A stretch of 64,000 bases of DNA from the NCBI RefSeq assembly GCF_964355755.1, contig NC_092670.1, forward strand, positions 34,584,388 to 34,648,387. Direction: 5' to 3'. Positions 31,862-44,254 of this stretch are shown in pieces; position 1 is the stretch's first letter, and every line of letters begins with the position of its first letter. The notes under the pieces were generated by a model that saw only the letters and a program-made list of their open reading frames with translations, had not been told where the DNA came from and ran no database searches. The stretch comes from Antedon mediterranea. Its lineage: Eukaryota; Animalia; Echinodermata. Position numbers and translations under genes: made by a program.

Positions 31862-34800
31862 TTAAATTTCATGGTATATATTAAACTTCCATTTCTGCGT
31901 TAGTTCCTCGATACATGTACTCATAACTGCTAGTAATGGTGAACTGCCTTTTACGTAACTCAGGCACAAGCCACTGCCTTTGTGTAACAACCAACCAGGC
32001 TAAATAAAAGAGATAAAAAAAGTATTTATAATAATATGCAACTCTTTATAAAAAGTAATAATATTAAGTTTTTAATCACATGGGCATGGGAGATACTGTA
32101 TTCCTCAATTACAATTAAGTGAGGTATTTCCATAAATACTAAGTCTCTCTCTCTAGGTGCCGTATCTACGGATGCAATTTTCTGCTTCTCACTTTCATTA
32201 ACAGGTCCACTCCTTGATGTTTTACACCTTTTTCTGTTAACCATTCAATTACACTTGTCATCCACATACTCGTTTTTCTACTGTACCTCGCTCCTTTTTG
32301 ACAGTTGACAGAGTATTTCACTTAATTCAATAAATATATAAGTATTTCCATTAAATTATATTAATTTTAAATAGAAGAGTTTTATTTTAGGGTGTTCCCT
32401 CAGCCTAAGTGTGAATGGTGAATACAGCCACTGTTTCTTGCAATATTCATATTTTGAAAATATAGGAACACGCTATGACACGCTAGGACTTGCTATCTAA
32501 TTGGGTAATATCATATCATGTGCCATTCAGTATTCGTTCTACCGCACAGTAAAAGTTCTATTAATGGTTCTATTGTATGTTCAGTTTTCAATTTTGGAAA
32601 TGTTGTGAGCAGGTTAAAAATGCTCTACTCCATTTCATTTCATTTCGTTTATTTTGTCAATACAGATATGCCATGGTTGGAATTCCCCTTTTTTCGTATT
32701 AGTTGATGTACAGCGCTTAGAGGTTTCACAACATTAGGCGCTATATAAATCCAGGATATTATTATTATAACAAAACCTGTAATGGTGACAGCCAACATCC
32801 GATTGCTGCATTGTGAATGGTCTATAACCTTCCATCTTGTCTTCATAAATAAACATTAATTATTTGATTTGTATAATAAACAAAAAGTTTCAAAATCACC
32901 TCTGAATGAATCCAAGATTGATGGCTACCCGATCTGGAGCATTCAGCTAGCCTAGGCTGTACGCCACTACGATACTTGCTAACAGGCACTTCAATACACA
33001 AGTTATTCCATTTAAGTTCACTACGAGAAGACAGGGTAAACACCTAGAACAAATACATTTTTTAAAATTAAAAAGATATTCTTAAATTTAAGTGACTTAA
33101 CATTTGTTTGTGTATGTTAGAGATGCATGTGTTCTTTGCGGGAACCACCGACTGTTTGATCATCCTTCAAAGATTTGCATCACATGCATAGTCATTATTT
33201 TTTTAAAGAAGTAAAAAAGACAAATTTAAGGGGAATCTGTTTATACCCTGTCTAAATCCGTGCCTATATTAATTGGGATTCAGTAGCTAGGAGATTTAAG
33301 GGAAGCAGGTGTATTCATTGCCTTTTCAAATACTCTACCTGATTTAAACTGGCTTTATCATTGCCTTTTCAAATACTCTACCTGATTTAAGCTGGCTTTA
33401 TCACATTTGTTTAAATACACAGATGAACCGATGGTACGTGCATAGCTGTCCAAACAAAGATTTTGTGTTTTTTCTTGATTAAAAACCTGTAAAACAATAC
33501 ACAAATCATTATGATTCATATCTAACATTATTTTGCATTACATCATAAATTAGTATACTATGTAATACTGACTACATTATATATTATATTAGACTTAATT
33601 ATCTATACTACACTAAGTATTACATTAACTATTTTTTAGTAGGCCTATTAATAATTCTAGTTAGTGACCACATTGCTTGGTGTTCAACATCCTTGTTTGC
33701 AGTTCTAAAATGGTCTCCTGATAACCCTTCCCACAAGGAGCACACCTAGCATACTATGCTGATGATGCCAGATGATGCTGATGATGATGCTGATGATGAT
33801 GATGATGATGATGCTGATGATGCCAGATGATGCTGCTGATGATGATGATGATGATGATGATGATGCTGATGATGCCAGATGATGCTGATGATGATGATGC
33901 CAGAGATGTTTATCTTAATAGCACCCTCTAGTATATTTGGATGTATTTTATTTAAAAAATACATTATATATAATGAAGCTGAGATCTCTGCTGCAACGTT
34001 TCAATTTTGCCTAACTATTACAACTGTCTTTATAGGTGGGGCAAAGAACGAAGGGAAAAATAGGAGAGCTCATAAATTTCAAGATTTACAATGCAAAAGA
34101 TAGAATATTAGATTACATTCAGCCATTTTACCATTTTCCCTGGACTCTCCCTAGATCAGCCTCTTGACTGGAGTATTTCTAAAATTGTCCCATTACTTTT
34201 ATACTATAAAAAGTATAGAAATCATACAAGAGTTTTCATAGAAAGTAATTGCTAAATCACTTATCAATCAGTAATTCACAACTACAATTTGTAATGATCA
34301 AATATTTCTCCTTACCTGTCCAAATGCTTTGATTCTGTTGGATGTTAGTAGTGGGTATGGGTAAACAGTTTTCAAATACCAATCAAAGTTCTTGCATTGT
34401 AAGTCCTTCTTGAGTTTCTGGCTGGCAGTTAGACTACCATATGATTTATCCTAAAAAAAATAATTTATACTTTTAGCAAAAGAAAATATTTTTAAATAGT
34501 CCTAATAACACACATTTTAAGAAAATAACTGTTGTGATAAAAAAACAATTATCATTATTATATCCTCGGTTATAATCCCACTTCAGGCATAATGCCACCT
34601 CCTACTTTATGTCTGATTTCACAAACAGGCATATCACTGGGTGTAGACCCAGTATTGATTTATGGTCTGGATGTATTGTAGGCTTCTCTCAGATGCTTAC
34701 CTATCATTTTGATCCCAAATCAGGGTTTTCGTCCAATTTTGTATTCTAGGGGGTGGGATTACACTAGAGGATACAGTATATTTAAAAAAATATATTTTAG

Positions 34801-37800
34801 GAGTATAGTAATAGTATTGACCTTGATTGACCTTGGTAGAGTAAGCATAAATTTGTCTTTATAATTATCCATCCACAGCTGAGCCGTTCGCATCGAGTTC
34901 CGGATGAATCCTTCCTGCAACCCACTAGGGTAAGAATAATGTTGAACACCACGGAATAGATGAAAAATGCGGGAACAAGGAACAACTTCTATACTGCCAC
35001 CACACATCCATGTCTAAAAAAAAATGAAAGAATTCATGCATGTTCAAACAATTATACATTGTTATGGCACAGGCCCGTAGCCATGAGTGTTTGGGGGTTC
35101 AAAGGCTGAACTGCCTTTTGAAAACTAGAGACTAGCAGTGAAAGTAATGTTAAATATTCCAAATTATAATCTAAACCATTACAACTTTCGCACCCCTTCT
35201 GTATAAAAAAATTTAAAAAAGAACTCTTCTATAAAACTCCTGGCTACAGATTTGTGAGGATAAAATTTGTTTTTAATTTAGGTACAAATAATATGTAGAG
35301 TATATACATTGCACACTCGCTGGAGCAAGTGCAAAGCAATGTTGCTATACTTTCTGGTCTTTTGCCTATAAAAATAGGATGCGCTATATGAGCGTAACTA
35401 TAGGGCACATATTTTGTATCATTTGAACCACAATTGTCCAATCAAATGAATTTATTTAGCCGTTATATAAAATGGATTACCCTGAAAGAGAGCTCAATGT
35501 TTTCAGCACCCCAGCCTTCCATTTCAGTATCAAACATGCCAATATGTTCAAAGAATTTCTTGTTCACTGCAAAAATACTTTCCATTATAACAGCAGTTCT
35601 GGAAAGAAAAAGATTACATAATGTAAACATAATCTGTATTAATAGATTTGTGAGCTGGCATATTTAAGTGTGGTGTGGGTCTCTGGGGGAGCCCCTTTTT
35701 TTTAATTACACCTTATTTATAGAGGGTGATCCTAAATAGCGTATGCTGATAATCAAGGGGCCTCTTGATGAGTGACAGTGGCTGTGTGTATACTAGTACA
35801 CCGGGGTAACCCCTACTCGTCTCAAAAGACGTACTATGTTCTTTAAAGTGCACACGAGCTAGATGTATACACTGGACCTACGGTTTATAGTACTTATCCG
35901 AGAAGACTCGTTCTACCACCAGAACCATGGAGCGAATTAGGCTCGAACCCTTGCCGATGTTAATATAGCAAGGTATTACGGTTCCAATGTCTTAACCGCT
36001 TGGCCACTTACCGCTCAATGTAGACCTAGGGCCCATTTAGACTTAGTTAGTTTCATGGGCTGATCCTACATTTGGTGGATAGAAACGCAACCTACGCGGG
36101 AAATAATGGCCATACAGTAACAGACCCTAAAGATCGTCATGTCTCTCTAGATGACACACTGGTTTTGCAAGAATTTACATAAATTTAAGTCAAATCAGAC
36201 ACATCCCCACACTCTCTACAGCCTTCTTTAAGAAGAATTAAAAACAAAAATATAGTATTATGAAAATGCATTCAATATGCAAATGAGTGATAAAGCCTCT
36301 TTTCCTGTTTCCACGCATTTTTCATCATGGTGATATTTGATTGGTCAATGAGTCACTTGGTACAGCCAGATAGGGCCCTTGAGAAAGTGACCTCTGTTTT
36401 GTTTCTGCCTAGTTTTGTTCTAGGCCTACACATTGAATATAAATATATATCTCCAGTATACAGTATACATATTTGTATATTTATTATTATTACTATTATT
36501 AATTAATTGCCATGACATAAGACATACAAAGACATTTTAATGTAGTAGTAGGCCCAAATTGTATAGCATCAAAAGTAGTATTATTTTAAAAATATTTTTG
36601 ATGTTGAAAATGTTTATAGTTGGTCAGTTTCTTGTAGATGCTTTAATTGTAGAATGTATTATTTTGTTTATTTCTGCGCACTGTTCTGGGTTGACCAACT
36701 AGCATAGGTGTTTAGCACCTGTTTGGTCTTTCCTTGCCTTTTATATTTTATATCGTTTTGTCTTTTTCTTTGTATTGAATACATGGCAGAAATTTAATAA
36801 ATTAAAAAAAAATAATAGCTTCAATTTTAATCCTTATTTTCAAAATCTTTTATATGAGCGCCCAGGAATATTTGAGCAACGTTGATGCTACAATTATGAT
36901 TATGTTAAAAAATGAATATGCTAAACTATGATTATGTTATTAAGAAATGAATATGCCAAAATATGAATTGTGTTAAGAAAGTTATGCTAAAATGATATTG
37001 TTAAGAAATAAATAATTATGTTTAAGAAAATTAATATGCTAAGAAATTAAATATGCTAAGTGAATGTGTTAAGAAGTTAACATATTATGTTAAGTTATGA
37101 ATATTATGAAATGAATATATTTTTAGTTTCATTATATATTTAATTGTCCTGAACTCTTATGATTGGCATAGAATTTTGTTACACGGCAAAAAGTAAATGA
37201 AATAACCAATGCCCTGATTCACATGAATAAATTAATTACCACCCAGTGTAAAAAATGCAGTATAGCCTTCCAGATACCTGTCTAGTGTTTATCAAGGATA
37301 TTCATACTTCCTGAACTAGCAGAAGTTTGATAGCAATACAGTGTACTGTGTGATTAGAAATACAGGCAAAGGAAGTTACTGTTAAAACACAGGACTGATT
37401 GTTACTAACAGTAAACCATACATTTATTTATTTAAAATGTGCTGCAAAAATATGAAATAAGGACATTTATTCTCTTTTATGGATATTAGTAGGCCTCTCT
37501 ACTGTATCTCCACATATGGCATAATTTGTCCAGTATCATAGGCAAATTCTGTAATACAGTGTGACACATGCTTCACATGTGACACTATGTGATAACATAG
37601 CATCAATACAGGCACAGATGATACATATGTTACTTGTAGAAATTATACATACACTACCGAGAATCAGGTGTCATAGTTATAACCAAATAGGCCGTCACGT
37701 ATATACCCATGGTACGCCAAAGGCTACGTAAATGGGGTGTTTCACAAGCTGTTGTGTCTAAGTGGGATCCAAGCTATAGTCACTATAATGTTCTGTTATA

Positions 37801-40800
37801 TCAGATTTGTTAGAACTCCGGCCAGAAACCTCCTTCACCCGAACATACACGCCTGTCCTTTTACACTAAAACATGGGTATATAACCTTGGAGTTGAAGAA
37901 TGAATGTAAAGCTTGGTTCCCACTAGAACGTAACGCAAGGACGTAAACGTAATGCAAGTGTGTTGACCAATGACAGGGGACAGTTCGAATAATCCATTAC
38001 TTGCGATTGGACAACTCACTTACGTTACCTCCTTGTGTTGCGCCTCTAGTGGGAACCAAACATAACAGTCTAGTATTTGTATACTTACGGATATGATACT
38101 GTAGTGTCCTTTTGTCTGTCTTTCAACTCGTCCAATCCCAACATCATCCATCTTGTGTCCAGGTTCCACTTAAAACCACCTCGTACTGGTTGGCTTCTGA
38201 ACTGTTCAAAGGTTTCAGTGTCAACTCTGTCAACAATCGGTGTCGCTATAATGGTGCTGTTATGGTTTAAACGGTCAACAAGTGGTTCTAACCTATATAA
38301 ATGGTATATTAATTTGTTTAATATACAAAATACAATTAATTATTAAATAGAACCCTTATTAAAGAACACTTTTTAGGTCCTTAAGGTTTAAATATTAAAG
38401 TTGTCCGCAACTTATTTTGACCTCCATCCGCACATTTTTTATTATTATTATTTTTTTATTTTCTTATTTGCAATTTGTAATTTTTATCTTTTATTTTAAA
38501 ATGTGTGGAGATTGTCATGACAATCCCAGTATTAATTATAATAATAATAATAATGGAAATTTGTAAAGCGCAAGTATCCATCTAAGAAAGACGCTCACTG
38601 CGCTACTGACATTATTACCCCAGTCATTTTGGATCAAACACGTATGGAAACATACTCCCATAATGCGGCAAGTAATCAGCGCAAAGTTGTGTCTTATGTG
38701 AATTTTTTGATGAAAAAAATGATTTTTTCTTTAAAAAAAATCTTTTCAACTTGAAAAAATGAAATATAAAATAAAACAATAAAAACAGAATTTAAAATTC
38801 TAAACATTGATCATTTTGTTTAGACCTATTTAAACTCCACCAAAGTAGACAGGTTTTTGTTCCAGACACCAAGAGTAAAATGTTCAAAAATTTATAGGAC
38901 ACAATCTGAGATTTGATGTGACATTTTACAGATGATGTATAATATTTAGAAGAGCAGATATTTAAAAAATCAGATGTACCCACTGATTTTAGAACAATGA
39001 TAATGGCACTTTTGACTTTTAACTGTACAGCCGATTAGCCTAATAGAATACCATAAATTTTCTAATAGTAACCCACACTCTAATAGTAACCCCGCTTCTA
39101 ATAGTAACCCACCTTATAAGTCAATCTATAATAATAACCCACTACTCTAATAGTCACCCATGGGGGTTACTAATAGAGTCACAAAAACTTATGATGCAGC
39201 CATATTTTGAAAATAAGAGATGCATGCATGTTGATCTCAGGAGTGGGGGAGGATTGAGTAGTTTTGAGTTTATAATATAAAGTTAGAGTTCAACCAAATT
39301 TGTTTACTCGTCGTACTGTTTTATTATTTTGCCAGGATTTGCTGACTAGAAAATTTGGGGGTGGGTTATTATTTTCAGGTGCCTACTTTAAGATTAGTAG
39401 TAGTAGTAGTAACCCACTACTCTAATAGTAACCCCTTTCTAATAGTAACCCACCCTAAAAACAATCAAAAGAATAATAACCCAGGGTTACAATTAGAAGA
39501 TTTACGGTAGGGACTATTTTAACTAGTCATACAATTAATTATTAAGGCTATTGCACAGTGCTTACCATTTAATGCCAACTTCACAGTAGGGATCAGCGAA
39601 GACAATAACATCCCCCTTAGCTGCACGGACTCCTTCTAACCGCGCTTTGGTCTGACCTTGTCTTGTTTGCATCCGTAGAACATTCACCTTAGCTTTCAAT
39701 TTTTGGGGTAAAACCTTTAAATTTGTCAATAAATCGGCTAAAAAATATAAACATACTATAAATTATAGATTACTGTATACTAACTGTAAGTTAGCTGAGT
39801 GGCCGAGCGATTAAGGCAGGGACACCGCAAACCATAGCCATATACAATTGGCACAGGTTCAAAACATTCCTCAACCATTGTTCAGGTCTTCTTGAATAAG
39901 GACTTAAAACTGGAGGTTCAGTGTACACATTTTGCTTGTGTGCATTTTAAAGAACTAGGGTAGAGTAGGGTATTACCCCGTTGTACTCGTCCATTCAGCC
40001 CCTGTCGTTGTGAACAGACAAACGGGCGTCGTTTGGTGGCAGCACTTGACACAAGGCACCCTTAGGGAAGAAGTTATGGTATTTGTTGTCCACACAGGTG
40101 CGCAATTTAGCCCAGTAGGCTGCAAGTCGCAGATTATTCCACATTTTTTTTTTATCCGGTTTCCACTCTGGGAAGGCATATAATAATAACAGTTTAATAA
40201 TAATTGTACAATTATTGTGCATTTTAAAAGAAAGATTCTTACCATCGTCGCTGAAGTCATCTATAAGAATAATCTCAAATAACAATTTGTCTGGCGTCCT
40301 GTTTACAATGCTATGGAGAAGTCGTGAGAGGACGGACCATACCGAGTTATGAACGACTATGATTACAGAGACTGGCGGTAAAGGTGGCTTGTAATGCAGT
40401 GATCGACACCTAAAAGAAAAACAAAATGAAGTGGTTAAGTCGAAACTATAGCAGTTTACAATATTTATATATATACTGTATAAAGAGGAAAGACGTATGA
40501 AGAGAAATAATTATTAATTAAAGATGTATTGTCCCTTGAAACACAAAAAAATGAAGGTCAAAATATTCTAAATTTATCAAAGTAATATTAAAGTTATTCA
40601 CTTTAAGTTGAAAATTTGAGCCAAAAACAACAAGTTTACGTAAATTAACAGGTAAATTAATTTGATTACATTTTGTCGGGAAAATCGTCACAAGCGAAAG
40701 TAAACAAAGATTTTAAACCACGCATTATACATGATGCTAAATTAGGATTGTTTACAACTCGTCGCGGTTGAGAATGTGTTCTCACACAGATCGCGAGGAA

Positions 40801-42339
40801 GTTTTCTATGGGTGGCCATTAGGGCCAAAATAGACAAACGTTGTCGTACGAACAATTCCGCTCCCGTAAGCCAAACAAATGGCGTTAAAGACATAATATT
40901 TATTAAGTGACAAACAAAATAATATTGCCGTACGGACACACGTATACATTGCTGTATGAACAAATTGCCGTATGGTTAAATTGCCGAAAGGACAAAAATT
41001 GGCCTAAGGACAAATTGGCATACAGTCTAACTAAATTTAAACGTTGAGGGCAGCATAGTATAATCATGGAAGCGAGAATTGTAACGAACTTTGGAAAAAG
41101 AATCCAGCGCCTTGCAACTTCTCTCGAAAATAAGGAAATTAATCTAAATCAAGTGCAATATATATTTTAGATGGGTTATGTAGAGATGCCATACAATTTG
41201 AACTATATTTTTGTTCCAATTCTCGCTTCCATGATTATGTTACCCTCCCCACCCAGCCCCAGCAGAGAGAGTGGTTTCAGTCACGTGGTTTTAAAATAAT
41301 ATGCTTCCCTCAACGTTTAAATTTAGTTCAAATTGACCCACTTTTTAAAAAATCTTTTAATTTTTATTTTGTTGGAATTTGTCAAAGGGACAATACATCT
41401 TTAAATAAAAACATGTTTTGGTATAAATATCATGTACCATTCTTTTTTTTAATAAATAAAATATACAGTAATTAATTCGGCCATTTTAAATTGTAAAATA
41501 ACTAAAAAGGCCTTTTAATAACAATAATATTCTAATACTGAACAATACTATTACTGTAAGAATCTAACTTTCAAAATTGATTAAATTATATGTAAAGATA
41601 TATATTTTATATAGGTACAAAATCCCCTCCACCCCCCCCCCCCCCCCCGCCACAAAAAACATTGATAATAAACTTACATGGGTTCCCTTGTATCTTTTAC
41701 TGTTCTTTCAACCGATACCAGATTACTAACTATCAAACTAAATCCGTGCAACTTTGCATCAGCTATAGATTTTTGTTTTTCTTTGCCTGTCAAATGCACG
41801 GGCCTTCCATCCTCTCCTGGTCCTGTCCTTGCCGGGTGAAGACCGTGTTGCGGGAGTGCATTTTTCGGATCTATGTTATGACCCAAGCCGTCTGGAGGGC
41901 TAAGCCTCACGTTTCCCCCTCGTAGCCGAACTTGTCTCGATTTCTTTAAAACGGCTTCATTACGATCGGGATCTTTGTGAGTAGCTACACCATCGTAAGT
42001 TTTATCATTCTCTTGAAAAATATGATCTTTACCAACTGGTTCATTTTTATTTGCATAATTATTAACTTTTTCTAAGCGACGTCCTGCGATTTCTTCCGTC
42101 TTTTTCTTGTTGTAGATTTCACCGACAATATTGATTTGCTGTGCAGGCTTGTTATCAAAACTTAAGCGCTCATGCTTAACCGCATTATTCTTATCAACCG
42201 CATTCTTATCTTCTGTAGATTTCGACCCATCGTTACTACTACTTATATTGTTGTCATAATAAACAAAATAAATGAAAGAAACTAGTGAAAACCAAACGAT
42301 ACCCCAAATTAGGACGGAAAACGGCTTCCACCTTGCCAT
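31862..42339 (-). CDS. GALNT: Polypeptide N-acetylgalactosaminyltransferase (GALNT, GT27)-like protein with ricin-type lectin domain, 10 exons, about 678 aa
   Basis: Exons (minus): 41678-42339 (short cytoplasmic tail, TM, stem, GPGEDGRPV...SNLVSVERTVKDTR); 40243-40409 (LPPVSVIIVVHN...EIILIDDFSD); 39566-39737; 38089-38292 (WLEPL...RGGFKWNL); 35481-35598 (WGAENIELSFR); 34822-35013 (WMCGGSIEVVPCSRIFHLFR); 34316-34450 (LQCKNFDWYLKTVYP); 33382-33486 (LCLDS); 32900-33043 (LCIEV...QSW); 31862-31999 (GLCL...QKW, TAA). Total 2037 nt, in frame, no internal stops. Confidence 0.95.
33758..33902. repeat. (GAT)n/(GCT)n compound microsatellite in a GALNT intron
   Basis: GATGATGCTGATGATGCCAGATG... pattern. 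Confidence 0.95.
35778..36012 (-). mobile_element. tRNA-derived Deu/Nin-domain SINE
   Basis: Reverse complement has A box GTGGCCAAGCGGTTAAG, B box GGGTTCGAGCC, then GGATAAG..CTATAAACCGTAGGTCC...CACTTTAAAGAAC...GAGTAGGGGTTACCCCGGTG; near-identical to 55963-56212. Confidence 0.85.
37908..38059. mobile_element. PIF/Harbinger-like MITE
   Basis: AAGCTTGGTTCCCACTAGAACG...CTAGTGGGAACCAA; lies about 30 nt from a GALNT splice donor. Confidence 0.85.
39051..39507. mobile_element. pogo-like MITE with repeated CTAATAGTAACCC subterminal motifs
   Basis: TA|CCATAAATTTTCTAATAGTAACCC...GGGTTACAATTAGAAGATTTACGG|TA. Confidence 0.8.
39793..40150 (+). mobile_element. Near full-length tRNA-derived Deu/Nin-domain SINE (tail type A)
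   Basis: A box GTGGCCGAGCGATTAAG, B box GGTTCAAAAC, central GAATAAGGACTTAAAACTGGAGG...TTTAAAGAAC...GAGTAGGGTATTACCCCG, and 3' tail ending in a T run. Confidence 0.8.
40518..41404. mobile_element. Kolobok-like non-autonomous element (longer variant) with a nested inverted-repeat element at 41029-41328
   Basis: TTAAAGATGTATTGTCCC...GGGACAATACATCTTTAA. Inner IRs: AACTAAATTTAAACGTTGAGGG...CCCTCAACGTTTAAATTTAGTT and ATCATGGAAGCGAGAATTG...CAATTCTCGCTTCCATGAT. Confidence 0.85.
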
Positions 42340-44254
42340 GCTGGCAAACTCCCTACATGCTTCAGTGACCAAAAACAAGTCAACGTCATCAACTAACACA
42401 CTGCCGTGTGCATTTTCGTCCCTGGGAAGTGCTCAAGACAGACAAGACGTGCAATGACAGTGAAATTTATTGACATAAGCGGCTTTTAATCAAATAGGTG
42501 ATTCCCCGAATGTGCAACTCATTTAACCTCACTACGGGATTGTCGCGTTGATGATAGGCCTATATATTGAAATAAAAAGGATGTTTACATTATAAATCAG
42601 GGGAGTCCTGTATAATTTGTTTTTATTACATTTAAAAATAAAAGAAATATTTCCTGACAGTAAAGAGTCACAAGAGATAAATGACAATTTAGATGGCAAA
42701 TGACATTTATTTACATTTAATGTTTAAAATGAAGATATACAACACAAACCTACTACTTTTAGGCCTAATAGTTGTATAACTACGCGGTAATAATAAATAT
42801 ATCAGACTATCCAAACAAAAAATATCAAAAAACCATTCATAAAAATACAAAAGTAAGCAGAATGTAAAAACACTTCAATCCGTGTAGAAATTCATTTTGA
42901 GACAAGAAGCATGAAGAAATATCGTTGATGAATAAATTAAAGTTGGTCCTAAATTACGGATTTACAGAACGTGGGCCACTGATAGATCCGTGAAATAAAA
43001 TCTTTTGAAATCCATCGAATAGAAAAGACCGGATCCATTCCATAGGCCTACTTGGCCTCTAATGTTAAATTGTGAAGCGAGTTTGTTAAGGGCGTTTGAT
43101 AGGGTAATTTATCAAGGATAACATCAATTGTAGGTAAACATGGTTTGTCCAACGACGATGCCCAGTTATGGTGGAGGTAACACAAAAAACGAGAAGGAAA
43201 AAAAACATTCTGAACATTAGTAGCGATAAGCCAATTAGAGGTGATATGTTCAAATATTGCAGATTGAATAACACATTTTCTCAACAATATTATTAATTTA
43301 ATTCAATTTCAATTCAATTTATTCCGGATTCATAATAAATACATAATTGAATTATATAAAATATAAGATAAGCAATTCAGTTTTTTTCATAGATCTTGTT
43401 TAAGTTTAACAGAAGACAGCTAACATCAATATGAGGGAATCTAATAAACGTACCGTTAGAAAGGCTATATCGTTATGTTTTATATTAATTTATATGGCAC
43501 TTTTAACAAAGTGCCTTACATCACACAAACAAATACCTTAAAAAAGTTATAGGTACTAGCAAGCCTATAAGAAAAGAAAATCGTGTCTCCTATTATTTTA
43601 TTCTTTAAATCTTTGCAATACATGTATCTAATACAATATTTAATTATAAAAAATACCTTGTTTTAAACAGTTGGCATATAATAATACACATAGTTTAACT
43701 GAATTGAATTTAATCGTGTACAAAATATAAAAATGACTGACTAAATATAATATTTAATGCTCCATAATTCTTATTTTTTCAGACAATAAAGTCGTTATAA
43801 CGCCACCGTAAGCATTCTATATAGAGACAAACAAAAATAAAAATGTGTAATATTATTGGAAAAGTACAATGTGATTTTTTGTTTTAAACGGTCTGCCGCC
43901 CTCTTTTTTTTCACTTTCGAGCCGGATCATTTTCATCGAAAACCGCGGATGTCACGCTTGAGTGAGTGTGAACGTGTGGAGTGGAAACATTTATTTATCT
44001 TTTCAATGTAGGAAGCGATTCACAGATAAAAGAACAACAGACCAAGGCTTTTGTTTTCGCAAACAATAGAACAATTCACTCACTTGGTATTCCAATTCCA
44101 ACAGATTTTTCTCTTCTTACGCTGTCTTATTATGAGGTCAAATCATTACTGTCCGCTATTTTAATATAGAATAACATCAAAACTTACCGTGTGTTCTGGC
44201 GAAAAATCTTAGCCCAGTGAAATTGTCAGTTCGCCAGCAGCTGTGTGTTTGAGA
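42340..44254. promoter_or_regulatory. Divergent (head-to-head) promoter region of GALNT-like and integrin alpha genes
   Basis: Start codons at 42339 (minus) and 44255 (plus) are about 1.9 kb apart; CpG-richer patches lie near 42350-42560 and 43890-43980. Confidence 0.55.
42870..43130 (-). mobile_element. Degenerate reverse-transcriptase fragment of a CR1/L2-clade LINE
   Basis: Frameshifted minus-strand peptides LDKLPYQ / FNIRGQV / EWIRSFLFDGFQKILFHGSISGPRSV / LGPTL / LFINDI / FYTD* follow the order of RT motifs FDxVxH, WIxSFL, LGPxLF, YINDL and YADD. Confidence 0.7.

Noticed and set aside
33746-34103. His/Ser-rich and Met-rich ORFs
   Set aside because: Products of a (GAT)n microsatellite in a GALNT intron.
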